Source of the DNA: Promethearchaeota archaeon
GTDB lineage: Archaea; Asgardarchaeota; Lokiarchaeia; Sigyniarchaeales; SOKP01
Assembly (NCBI GenBank): GCA_016839555.1
Contig: JAEOUA010000006.1
Span: 32,001-96,000, forward strand
Direction of reading: 5' to 3'
DNA: 64,000 nucleotides
Shown here in pieces: positions 21,664 to 31,384 of the stretch. Position 1 is the first letter of the stretch; each line of letters opens with the position of its first letter. The translations under genes were made by a program, and so were the position numbers. The notes under the pieces are model-generated. The model made no database searches. It saw only the letters and a list, made by a program, of their open reading frames with translations, and had not been told where the DNA came from.

Positions 21664-21993
21664 TTGGGTAGTGAAGAATTAATAGAAGGTATTAAAAAAA
21701 TGGTAAGCAAACTTGATGATCCGGATATGGCAGAAAGATTTGAAGGATTTGAGAAAACTTTACAATTTCATTTCAATGATACGGAAAATTATTATTTAGT
21801 TTTTAAGGAATCCAAATGCGAAATTAAAGAGGGAGAAACTGATGATCCGGATATAACAATTATTACAGATAGCCAAGTTATTATCGATATTATGAACGCT
21901 GAACTATCCCCGACTAAAGCGTTTATGGGTGGAAAACTGAAAGCGAAGGGGCCGATGAATGATATGCTCAAATTACAGATGCTAATGAAGTAA
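21664..21993 (+). CDS. SCP2 sterol/lipid carrier domain protein
   Basis: PDITI...LSPTKAFMGGKLKAKGPM. Confidence 0.88.
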   Translation: MGSEELIEGIKKMVSKLDDPDMAERFEGFEKTLQFHFNDTENYYLVFKESKCEIKEGETDDPDITIITDSQVIIDIMNAELSPTKAFMGGKLKAKGPMNDMLKLQMLMK

Positions 21994-22059
21994 AATCTAT
22001 TTTTAATTTTATATTTTTTTATTTTTTAATTAAGAAATACAATAATGGGTGAAAATTAA

Positions 22060-22878
22060 ATGCAATTTAAATATATTTTATGGAAAATTGAAAATAATGT
22101 TGCTACAATCACATTTAATCGAGAAGAGAAACTTAATGCGATCAATGGATTGATGTTTGATGAGATTTATGACGCTTTAGAAGAGATCGCAAATAATAAA
22201 GAAATCCGTGCCGCAATTATCACTGGAAAAGGACGCGCATTTTCAACTGGCGGTGATTTTAATCAAGCAAGCCAAGGAATGGCAGGAGATGTGGAAGATG
22301 TAAAAGATGGGGGTAAAATGCAATCGGGAGAAGCTGAAATTGATGTATCTCAAAAAAAAATTGTCTTAAAAATGCAAAAAACCCCCAAACCTCTTATTGC
22401 GGCAATAAATGGATTAACTTTAGGAGGTGGACTAAATATCGCACTAAATTGTGACTTAATTTATGCCAAAGAAAGTGCTGAATTAGGTACTTTTTTTATC
22501 AAGAGAGCATTAATCCCAGAGATGTCCTCCACGTATATTTTACCAAGAATCGTTGGGATACATAAAGCAAAAGAATTAATCTTTTTTGGGGATCGTTTTA
22601 GTGCGAAGAAAGCTTTGGAAATGGGATTGATAAATGACACGTTTCCAGACAATATTTTTATGGATGAAGTAAAAAAAATAGCAGAGAAGCTTGCGAAAGG
22701 ACCAACATACTCAATAGGATTGGCTAAACTTGCCATAAATAAGATTTTAGAGGAAAAAATAATTGAAGCATGTAATAATGAAGCAGAAGCTTTATTCAAA
22801 TGCTTTGATTCGTTTGATTTTACAGAAGGTTTAATGGCATTTTTTGAAAAGCGAGATCCTAAATTTTTAGGACGCTAA
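22060..22878 (+). CDS. Enoyl-CoA hydratase/isomerase family protein (PaaG-like)
   Basis: FNREEKLNAI; AFSTGGD; GGGLNIALNCD; KRDPKFLGR. Confidence 0.9.
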   Translation: MQFKYILWKIENNVATITFNREEKLNAINGLMFDEIYDALEEIANNKEIRAAIITGKGRAFSTGGDFNQASQGMAGDVEDVKDGGKMQSGEAEIDVSQKKIVLKMQKTPKPLIAAINGLTLGGGLNIALNCDLIYAKESAELGTFFIKRALIPEMSSTYILPRIVGIHKAKELIFFGDRFSAKKALEMGLINDTFPDNIFMDEVKKIAEKLAKGPTYSIGLAKLAINKILEEKIIEACNNEAEALFKCFDSFDFTEGLMAFFEKRDPKFLGR

Positions 22879-22896
22879 AGAATGAGGTGATAAAAA

Positions 22897-23313
22897 ATTT
22901 CCAAAACACAATTAAAAAGTTTAAAAATCGTATCATTAATAGGAGGACTATATGAAGTCTTTTTTGGGATATTACTGATGTTTTTTATTATCCCTTTATT
23001 GAATCTTTTGGGATTAGATATAGAAAGCATTAATATGCCCATATTTCATCAAACTGCTGGGTTGCTCGCTATAATTTTAGGTTTGATGTTGCTTTTTTCA
23101 TCTTTTAATGTCGAAAAACATTTAATGAACATTATTTTAATTATATATCTGCGATTTGCCATTCAAATAATAATCGTCATTAATATCTTTTTAATACCTG
23201 ATATTGCGTTTGGCTTGTTGATATTCGGATTAATTAATCTTATTTTTGCGATTATTACTCTATATTTAATAAAATCTAGTAATCTATCTTTGAATATCTT
23301 AAAAAATATTTAA
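22897..23313 (+). CDS. Small multi-pass membrane protein (start uncertain: ATT 22897 or ATG 22978)
   Basis: Frame is open from 22894 and adds a further hydrophobic helix (LKIVSLIGGLYEVFFGILL); GAGGTGA lies 6 nt before the ATT. Confidence 0.55.
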   Translation: MSKTQLKSLKIVSLIGGLYEVFFGILLMFFIIPLLNLLGLDIESINMPIFHQTAGLLAIILGLMLLFSSFNVEKHLMNIILIIYLRFAIQIIIVINIFLIPDIAFGLLIFGLINLIFAIITLYLIKSSNLSLNILKNI

Positions 23314-23330
23314 TCATGTGAGCTATTAAA

Positions 23331-24053
23331 ATGTCTAAGATAAACAGTATAATTAAGGAGGCATATGATGATGAAAGATTCTTTTTGATGGAGCATGAGA
23401 GCAAAGACTTTATCGCAGAATATAATATACCCGTTGGAAAATATAAACTTGTACAATCACAGCAGGAGGCAATTAAAGTTGCCAATGAAATAGGATTTCC
23501 TGTTGTTGCAAAGGTTATGAGTCCCGATATTTTACACAAAACTGAGGCAGGAGTTATTAAATTAAATATTGGATCTGATTCGGAACTACAAACAGCATAT
23601 TTTGAAATATTAAATAATGCTGAGCAATATAATCCGAACGCACGTATTTCAGGGGTTAATATTCAGCGAATGGCTCAGGAGGGAATAGTAGAAATCATTA
23701 TTGGAGGGATGAGAGATATAAATTTTGGGTCTATTATCATGTTTGGACTTGGAGGTATTTTTGTAGAAATTTTTAAAGATGTAGTATATAGAGTTTGTCC
23801 CGTTGAAATAAAAGAAGCGGAGCGTATGATTCAAAGCATTAAGGCATATCCTTTATTGAATGGTTATCGGGGAAAGAAAAATGGAGATATTAAACAGATC
23901 CAAGAATGTATCTTAAATTGCTGTGTACTATTAATGGAAAATCCTGAAATTAAAGAACTTGACCTTAATCCCGTTATAGTTTTTGAAAAAGGTCAGGGTA
24001 TTATGGTGGTAGATGCAAGAATAATATTAGAGGAGGATAAGAGCCATGAGTAA
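23331..24053 (+). CDS. acdB: ADP-forming acyl/acetyl-CoA synthetase, beta (ATP-grasp) subunit
   Basis: GFPVVAKVMSPDILHKTEAG; MFGLGGIFVEIFKDV; ELDLNPV; VDARI. Confidence 0.9.
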   Translation: MSKINSIIKEAYDDERFFLMEHESKDFIAEYNIPVGKYKLVQSQQEAIKVANEIGFPVVAKVMSPDILHKTEAGVIKLNIGSDSELQTAYFEILNNAEQYNPNARISGVNIQRMAQEGIVEIIIGGMRDINFGSIIMFGLGGIFVEIFKDVVYRVCPVEIKEAERMIQSIKAYPLLNGYRGKKNGDIKQIQECILNCCVLLMENPEIKELDLNPVIVFEKGQGIMVVDARIILEEDKSHE

Positions 24054-25497
24054 ACTTGAAAAATTGAAGGGATTTTTTAATCCCAACATAGTAGCCTTTT
24101 ATGGCGTTTCAAATATTATGCAAAAATTTGGCACATTACATTTAACTAATCTCTTATCAGCAGGATTTCAAGGGAAAGTCATTCCTATCCATCCAAAAGA
24201 GAATGAAATTATCGGATTTAAAGCATATCAAACCATCAAAGATGTTCCAGAACAAGTAGATTTAGTGGTAATCGCCACACCTACAGAATATATAAATGAT
24301 ATATTGGAGGAATGCGGTCAAAAAGGAGTAAAATATGCGATAGTATTATCTGGTGGCTTTTTAGAAGTTGGAAATGAGAAAGGACAAATCCGGATGAAGA
24401 GGATTGCTGATCAATATGGGATGAGAATAATGGGTCCAAACTGTTCTGGAGAAGTTGTAACTCCAAATATAAATATTACTCACGTCCCGTGGCCACCAAG
24501 AAAGGGAGGTGTTTCTATTATCTCACAATCGGGAACTTATGCCGTGCAACCCCTAATAGCAATTAGCGAAAAAATTGGCGTGGGAATATCAAAAATCATT
24601 TCTGTAGGAAATGAAGTAAATACTGATTTAGTTGATTATTTAGAAGCTCTGGAGGAAGATGAACAAACAACGTGTATAGGAATATATTTTGAAGCCGTTA
24701 GGAGGGGAAAAGAGTTTATTGAAGCTGTGAAAACAATTAATAGAAAAAAACCAATAGTTATTATTCCTATAGGTCAAACAGAGGCTGGAACCAGGTCCGC
24801 TAAATCCCATACTGCCGCTATTACTTCTCCCGGATATATCATTGATTCTATATGTGAACAAACGGGTGCAATAAAAGTGAAAAACAGTATTGAGATGCTC
24901 AATCTATTAAATGGATTTGATTCTCTGCCCTTACCAAAGGGAAATAAGGTCGGGATCCTCACGATGGGAGGTGGTCCTGGCACCTTAATGTCAGATTTAT
25001 TTGAGAGTAATGAAATGAAAGTACCTATTCTAAGTTCTCAGCTTCAAGAAAAATTGGAACCATGGATGCCTGAAACAGCTTCCACAACCAATCCAATTGA
25101 TTTAACCTATTCAGACGATATGCAGAATTATTTAAATGTTCTTCCGGAGATCCTTCTAAAGAGCGAGGAGATAGATTCTTTGATTATTTATGGGTTAATG
25201 GGCTCTGAATACCATAAACGCCTTGTAAATGTTCCTGATTTTATAAAAGAAAATCCAAGTGTAATAACTTTGAGAAATTTCGGTGAAATGATGCATGAGT
25301 TTTTCATTGCGATTTTTGATGAATTGATTAAATATAAAAAAAAGTATGATAAGCCTATAATTTTAACATGCTATAATATGCGAGAAGAGAAATTTGTTGC
25401 ATATTTACAAGATAATGGAATTCCTGTATATTATCCTGAAGAAGGTGTATGGGTGTTAATTCGAATGTGGCAATATGCCAAATTTCTCAAATCATAA
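24046..25497 (+). CDS. acdA: ADP-forming acyl/acetyl-CoA synthetase, alpha (CoA-binding) subunit
   Basis: FFNP; MGPNC; ISQSG; SVGNE; phospho-His motif AKSHTA; NPIDLT. Confidence 0.9.
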   Translation: MSKLEKLKGFFNPNIVAFYGVSNIMQKFGTLHLTNLLSAGFQGKVIPIHPKENEIIGFKAYQTIKDVPEQVDLVVIATPTEYINDILEECGQKGVKYAIVLSGGFLEVGNEKGQIRMKRIADQYGMRIMGPNCSGEVVTPNINITHVPWPPRKGGVSIISQSGTYAVQPLIAISEKIGVGISKIISVGNEVNTDLVDYLEALEEDEQTTCIGIYFEAVRRGKEFIEAVKTINRKKPIVIIPIGQTEAGTRSAKSHTAAITSPGYIIDSICEQTGAIKVKNSIEMLNLLNGFDSLPLPKGNKVGILTMGGGPGTLMSDLFESNEMKVPILSSQLQEKLEPWMPETASTTNPIDLTYSDDMQNYLNVLPEILLKSEEIDSLIIYGLMGSEYHKRLVNVPDFIKENPSVITLRNFGEMMHEFFIAIFDELIKYKKKYDKPIILTCYNMREEKFVAYLQDNGIPVYYPEEGVWVLIRMWQYAKFLKS

Positions 25498-25675
25498 TAG
25501 ATAAGGGATATATTCTAAATTAAGAACTATATTAACTAATTGAACATGACAGTTAGCATCGGTTTTTCAATATTGTTTACCAATTTGAGAATGATTAAGA
25601 ACATATCTTAATCTTGCTCAGTTATTATAGGTATGTTTATTTTATCCTTTTTCTTTAATATTCCAGCAGTAATCT

Positions 25676-26317
25676 TTATATGTTTGAAAGAGCTTCCTTA
25701 ATGATATATTGATTACTATCTGGATAATGTTGCGCGTAATCCAATATTTTTTCTTTTGAAACATATTTCATAAATTTTGCGATGTCCACGATGATTTTCT
25801 GACTATGTATGCCATTATATCGCCATAAGTACACAAAATCAAGCACAGTTTTTTCAGGATCTGAATAACGCACCTTGCGATTTTCTATCCCGAAGTTAAA
25901 TAAGGAGTATTTTAACTTAATAAATTTAAATTTCCGATTGGCAATCATAATTGGTTTTCCTTTAAATAAGCGGTTGCTCATTATATAAAAGATTTCTTTG
26001 TCTTGATCAATATTAATTCCATTTAATTTAAAGGCAGTATATAAACCATAATACCAATTTTTAATTCCTTTTAATTTTAGCCCTTTTCCCACTAATTCCA
26101 GAAGAGAATATTTTAATTTTTTGGATTCAATTTCTTCAGGAGTTTTCACATAATAAATACCTTCAAATATTTTCACGATATATCCTTGGGTGAGTAAATA
26201 TCGAATAACATTGTTATAGTTATAGTAAAGTTCTCTACTGTATTTTTTAATCTCGTCAGATGTACAAAATTCTTTTTCATCTTCTTGTAATTGTGATAGA
26301 ACTTTTCGCATTGACAT
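25676..26317 (-). CDS. AbiEi-like (type IV TA antitoxin / predicted regulator) protein
   Basis: N-terminal wHTH (YLLTQGYIVKIFEGIYYV); WYYGLYTA; YSDPEKTVLD. Confidence 0.65.
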   Translation of the reverse strand: MSMRKVLSQLQEDEKEFCTSDEIKKYSRELYYNYNNVIRYLLTQGYIVKIFEGIYYVKTPEEIESKKLKYSLLELVGKGLKLKGIKNWYYGLYTAFKLNGINIDQDKEIFYIMSNRLFKGKPIMIANRKFKFIKLKYSLFNFGIENRKVRYSDPEKTVLDFVYLWRYNGIHSQKIIVDIAKFMKYVSKEKILDYAQHYPDSNQYIIKEALSNI

Positions 26318-26908
26318 GGTGGAAATTAAACCTTATGACTATAAAGAGTATTTTTCCCAATTTGTGGGGTAATGTTATGACAATTAATATAATTTATTAT
26401 AATTTTTATCTTTATCCAAAATGTTATGTAAGTTAATAATTCAAAATAAAGTATTCTTCAATTAGTTATTTTATAAAATCCAAGTTCAATATAAGATTAA
26501 CCTTATATGAGGCAAAAAAAAAAAGGAAATTTACTAATTCCATTGGTGTTTGAAAAAGGATACTATGAGATTCTTTCATTTTATGGGACTTTTTCTATTT
26601 AAAGATTTCATCAATATAAAGTGTGTTGACATCTTAATTAGTATTTATAGGTTGGAGGATTTTATGAGCCTTATCTTTATCTTCAATTAATTGATATTCT
26701 GCTTTACATATCCTACATACAAGCTTGTTATCCTTTGGAATTAGAAGATTATTACAAACTGGACAATAATTCAAGAATTATTTTGCACCTAGATTAAAAT
26801 AGATTAAGATTTTAAGTAAGCTTTATATATAATAGGGTTTTATACCTTAAAAGTTTTAAATTTAAAGGGAAATCTGATTAGTGAATTAAGATTTTATTAA
26901 TCCTATTC

Positions 26909-27483
26909 TTAAGATATTTTTAAAAGCACCTTACCGAATTGTTTCCCTTCTTGAAGATATCTTTCGGCCTCCGCTGCTTGATCTATAGAAAACACTTTAT
27001 CAATAACCGGCTTTATTTTCCCCTCAAAAACTAATTTAATTACTTCCCGAAATTCTTTTTGATTACTCATCGTGGATCCCTTTATTTGGAGTTGGTTCCA
27101 AAGAATTCTGCGAATGTCCCATCGATATGCTCTCCTTTTATTACAACTTTAGGACATAGATTTTGTTGACCTGCCAAGCAATAAGAACACTTCCCACATG
27201 AAAGTCCTGGATTTATTAAAACTCTATCTCCAGGTTTAAATAATGTAACATTATCACCTACTTCTTTAATCACGCCACTCCCGTCTGAACCCATAATATG
27301 GGGCATTTTCAAGCGTAATCCTGGCCATCCTTCAAGTATAAACAAATCAAGATGATTTAATCCCCCATATTTTGTTTCAATTAGAACTTTATCAGATTGG
27401 ATGGAGGGCATAGCTATGTCACCAACTTTAATGTTTTCAATTCCGCCATGCTCTTGAAAAAAAGCTGTTTTCATAGATAGCAA
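26909..27483 (-). pseudogene. Zn-binding alcohol dehydrogenase/quinone reductase with internal deletion
   Basis: N-terminal GroES domain (NHLD, GSDGSG, CGKCSYC..C) joins, in another frame, the extreme C-terminus WNQLQIKGSTM...GKQFGKVLLKIS*; the Rossmann domain is absent. Confidence 0.85.
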
Positions 27484-27652
27484 TTAGAGACACAAATATA
27501 TAAAAAAGTTGATTATAATTCATAATTACGTAATTCAAAATTCAATTATTTTATTCAGAGTTTTAAACTATATCAAAAATATTTATCGACAATAGAAAAT
27601 AGTCAAATATTAAAAGAAATCTTGATTAAATGATTTAAACTAAGGATTAATA

Positions 27653-28282
27653 ATGACCTTTATTAAAGTTTATATCGCATTTATTAATTTTGGCTCATTA
27701 ATATTATCCTTTATTCTGTTAGGAATTCTCTATACTATAAGCCTTCAGCCTATGACGCGAGCCGAAAAATATGGTGAAAAAGCGTGGAAGCAATGTGAAA
27801 TTTATCGATCTATAGGAGGATTTTTTGAATTACTTTCGGTTATAAATTTAATTTTATGGATTTGGTTTCCGCTCCCTATTGTAGGTGAATGGAAGATTAA
27901 TGACAATATATGGGTTGGGATTATAATAGGGGTCTGTATTTTGATACCATGCGGAATTATTATGGTTAAAGGTATTATTGATGCAGGTTCGGAGGCGTTA
28001 TCCCCCTCAAAAGAGACAGAAATGTATGGAGGTATTTATAAATATATTAGGCACCCTCAGACTCTTGGAGAATTTCCCATGTTTGTTGCCCTTGGATTTT
28101 TATTTAATTCATGGTTTCTGGTCCTCATTTGCTCAGTGTTCATTATATTCTATACCCCAATTATGATTCACTATGAGGAAAAAGATTTAATTAAAAGGTT
28201 CGGCAATAAATATATTCAATATCAAAAGACAACAGGCGCATTATTTCCAAAATTTAGAAAAAAGAATTATATAACTACTTAA
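27653..28282 (+). CDS. Isoprenylcysteine carboxyl methyltransferase/PEMT family membrane protein
   Basis: GIYKYIRHPQ; EEKDL..RFG..Y..Y..TGALFP. Confidence 0.85.
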   Translation: MTFIKVYIAFINFGSLILSFILLGILYTISLQPMTRAEKYGEKAWKQCEIYRSIGGFFELLSVINLILWIWFPLPIVGEWKINDNIWVGIIIGVCILIPCGIIMVKGIIDAGSEALSPSKETEMYGGIYKYIRHPQTLGEFPMFVALGFLFNSWFLVLICSVFIIFYTPIMIHYEEKDLIKRFGNKYIQYQKTTGALFPKFRKKNYITT

Positions 28283-28297
28283 TTAGAGATTTTTTTC

Positions 28298-29092
28298 TTA
28301 ATTTATTGAAATAAATTCATTATAAGATAAAATTCCTTGTTCAATATTCCATTTTTTATATAAATTCATAATAAATTGAATATTTTGATTACAATGAAAA
28401 TTCCCTGGATAAAATTGCTCCCAATGGACCCACCATATTTTAGATATAGCCAATTGCTTTATATGATAGTCTATATCTTTTAAAAAATCTCTGGCGGTCC
28501 ATGATATGAGATGGTCTATTTGATTAAAGTAGGGTTTAAAAGGATCTATACTGTGTGTATCTCCCACATGTAATACTCCAAAGAGATTTCCATTTTTTCT
28601 TTCTTGAATTAAGAAAGCAACTTTCTTAGGATTTTTACTAAATAATTTTTTCTTTAATGGAATTGCCCTTAAAGTTTTTTCCTCACTAGCATCTAAAAAT
28701 TCATATATTTTATTTACGTTTATTATATATAATCTATTTGCCAAATCAATAGATCCTGATGAATCTTTTTTAATCCGAGATTTTAGGGATTTAATTATTA
28801 TTCTTGGAGCTATTATATTCACTTCTTTATTAATAGCAAGAATTTTCTTCAAAAATGAAAAATCATAATGATCTTTATGCTTATGTGTTATTGCTATTAA
28901 TTTAAGGTTTATACCTATTTTCTGAATAAATTCTTCAATTTTATGGGGGATTCCAATCCAAGGTGACTTGCCGTGATATATATTGGTTTTTCCATGCCAT
29001 TTAAAGGATCCTGAAAGAAAAGGATCAATAGCAATATAGAATTCAGAAAATTTTATTACAACACCAGCATGACCAATCCAAAGTAACTCCAT
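28298..29092 (-). CDS. MBL-fold metallo-hydrolase
   Basis: WIGHAG; IDPFL; THKHKDH; HVGDT; VHWE. Confidence 0.8.
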   Translation of the reverse strand: MELLWIGHAGVVIKFSEFYIAIDPFLSGSFKWHGKTNIYHGKSPWIGIPHKIEEFIQKIGINLKLIAITHKHKDHYDFSFLKKILAINKEVNIIAPRIIIKSLKSRIKKDSSGSIDLANRLYIINVNKIYEFLDASEEKTLRAIPLKKKLFSKNPKKVAFLIQERKNGNLFGVLHVGDTHSIDPFKPYFNQIDHLISWTARDFLKDIDYHIKQLAISKIWWVHWEQFYPGNFHCNQNIQFIMNLYKKWNIEQGILSYNEFISIN

Positions 29093-29114
29093 CTGAAATC
29101 GCTATGATAGTATT

Positions 29115-29969
29115 TTATTCTTTATTTTTTTGATAGGTATCTTTCTTATAGATATCCATCAATAATATTCCCGCAATGATAACAATGATTGCTAAAATTT
29201 TAAATATTGAGATGGATGCCCCCAAAACTATTATCAATTCAAAATAGATGGGCGTTATAATATAGAAGGAATTAGAGATGGGTACTAATTTTGAGGCATC
29301 TGCACCTTTCGCAAATCCGAATTGTGTCACTACAAGAGCACAAAATCCTATGAGAAAGCTTAACATAAAGATGGGAAATGTAGAAATATTAAAAATCTCA
29401 GAAAATCCCGCTTTAAGACCGATACGCTTAAAAACATTATCAATAGCACCTAGGGATCCTGATACAAGTCCAAAAATAAATGAGACTGCTAATATTGTTT
29501 TTTTGAATATTGCGATTAAGACAAAGAAAAAAATAAAGATAATTGCACATAATATAATAAAATTCATAAACAATACATTCTCAGTAGTGGGGGGCTCAAG
29601 AATTTGAATAACTCCCACGAATGTCGTTCCTATAATTATAAGCACTATTCCTAATGCACTCCTGCTCGAAATTTGTTCCTTTAAAACGAAATAGGAGTAT
29701 AACATTAAAATTATTAATCCTAATCCAAACATAGAGGAATAAACCGAGGCAGTAGAATACTGAGTTCCTAGCATTTGCCAGATAAATACAGTATTATTTA
29801 GGGCCATTCCAATTATATAAATTAAAGGTTTTTTCCCTTTTTCCTTAAAACTTTTTTTTTTAGAGAAGATTTCGATACCTTGACGCTCTAAGGCCTTTGC
29901 TAAATGAATTTGAAATGTATCAATAAGACCAAATAATAAACCCAAATATACGACATTAACTTCTGCCAA
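29115..29969 (-). CDS. DMT-superfamily (NIPA-like) membrane transporter
   Basis: About nine TM helices; LKEQIS; TQFGFAKGADASKLVP. Confidence 0.6.
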   Translation of the reverse strand: MAEVNVVYLGLLFGLIDTFQIHLAKALERQGIEIFSKKKSFKEKGKKPLIYIIGMALNNTVFIWQMLGTQYSTASVYSSMFGLGLIILMLYSYFVLKEQISSRSALGIVLIIIGTTFVGVIQILEPPTTENVLFMNFIILCAIIFIFFFVLIAIFKKTILAVSFIFGLVSGSLGAIDNVFKRIGLKAGFSEIFNISTFPIFMLSFLIGFCALVVTQFGFAKGADASKLVPISNSFYIITPIYFELIIVLGASISIFKILAIIVIIAGILLMDIYKKDTYQKNKE

Positions 29970-30094
29970 TTTTATTCCTTTTTTTTATTTAGTAAAAAGA
30001 TCAAATATTTTCCCTAATTTATTGTTTTTTATTTGATTTAAGAATTATTAAATGTTAGTCGATCAAAAAAGCAAGCATTTTATAAAATAAATGG

Positions 30095-31384
30095 TTATAT
30101 AATGATCTTTTCTAATTGAGCTGCTATTTGAGCTCCTGAAATAATCGATAATCCTAATCCCGTCCCATATTTAATCTCATCTTCTCCATCAAGGTGTTTC
30201 ATAAAGGAGAAGAGGGCTGATCCACACACAAATATATTTGATTTCCTATCATTGTTAAACAATAATTCAAATGAACTTGAAATTTTATTAGGAATAGAAA
30301 TAGAATTTTTTTCGAATAATTCTTTAAATTCTCTGACTTCAGCAAGGGGTCCTTCTTGAAATAAAGTGCCGACTGCAAATACTATGAATCTCGACCTAAC
30401 ATTTATAATTTTTCCATCCTTATTGAGAAGCTTTAATTTCCAATTGGTATCTTGATCATCAATTTTATCAAATTCTATGAAAGTGAAATTATTATGAATT
30501 GGGATTTCCAACTCCTTAACTTTTTCACTAATACTGTTATTAAATCTTTTAGACATTAAAGATGGTGATAAGGCAACTAATTCCCTGCATTCTATATTTA
30601 AATATTTTGAGAGAAGATTAATAATCTTTCTTTCAGCTTTTAATCCTAAAATTGGTGGAAATAAAATAGAAGTAATTTTATCTAAATTAATCTCTGAGTT
30701 TTGATTTTTTAATTCTTTTTGAATATAATCTCCAAAGATAATAACCTTATCTGAATGTGTATCGAAATAATTTGCAATCTTGTATTCCGATAATTTTCCT
30801 TTTATTTCGGTTTGATTTTCATTTTCTTCCCAATAATCAAAAAGTTTTTTGAGAGAGAGCTTTAATATTTTATAAGTGCAAGAAAAGGTCTCTTTAAGAT
30901 TTTTAGCTACAAGATACATCGCATCATTATTAAATTCAGAAAAATCAACAAGAATTACAATTGAACTATTATCTAATTGCTCAAATTCGTGGAAAATCGT
31001 ATTCCACATTCCAACACAAGGTTTTAAATTGCCTAATGTTGTTAATACATATTTATTTGTTATCTTATCATTCTCAATTGAAAATGTAAATTCAGGAAAC
31101 TGGGCGGAGAATTCTATAAAGGCTCTATTAATTTGGTTGAAATTTAAATACCCATAAGGGTGATGAGGGATTTCTTTCTTAAACTCGTTAAAAGATGACT
31201 CTAAATCCTTATTATGATGATAATCAAGAAAATCCATAGTGCCAACCCAAAATTGGGATGCTCCCGTTCCGCTATTAAAAATTTCGCAATTTATTCCTTT
31301 CATTTTTAATAAAATCCCTAAATATAACCCAGAGAATCCACCCCCTATAATACTCACATCAATAGCTTTTTGATTTTCGTTCAT
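30095..31384 (-). CDS. glpB: Anaerobic glycerol-3-phosphate dehydrogenase subunit B-like
   Basis: IIGGGFSG; HHPY; TTLGNLKP; FPPILG; GTGLG; overlaps the glpA stop. Confidence 0.75.
   Translation of the reverse strand: MNENQKAIDVSIIGGGFSGLYLGILLKMKGINCEIFNSGTGASQFWVGTMDFLDYHHNKDLESSFNEFKKEIPHHPYGYLNFNQINRAFIEFSAQFPEFTFSIENDKITNKYVLTTLGNLKPCVGMWNTIFHEFEQLDNSSIVILVDFSEFNNDAMYLVAKNLKETFSCTYKILKLSLKKLFDYWEENENQTEIKGKLSEYKIANYFDTHSDKVIIFGDYIQKELKNQNSEINLDKITSILFPPILGLKAERKIINLLSKYLNIECRELVALSPSLMSKRFNNSISEKVKELEIPIHNNFTFIEFDKIDDQDTNWKLKLLNKDGKIINVRSRFIVFAVGTLFQEGPLAEVREFKELFEKNSISIPNKISSSFELLFNNDRKSNIFVCGSALFSFMKHLDGEDEIKYGTGLGLSIISGAQIAAQLEKIII

Noticed and set aside
16091-28282. CPBP protease and ICMT-like methyltransferase as a eukaryote-like CAAX prenylation pathway
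   Set aside because: The genes are over 10 kb apart, both families are widespread in prokaryotes, no protein prenyltransferase is present, and neither GTPase ends in a Cys motif.
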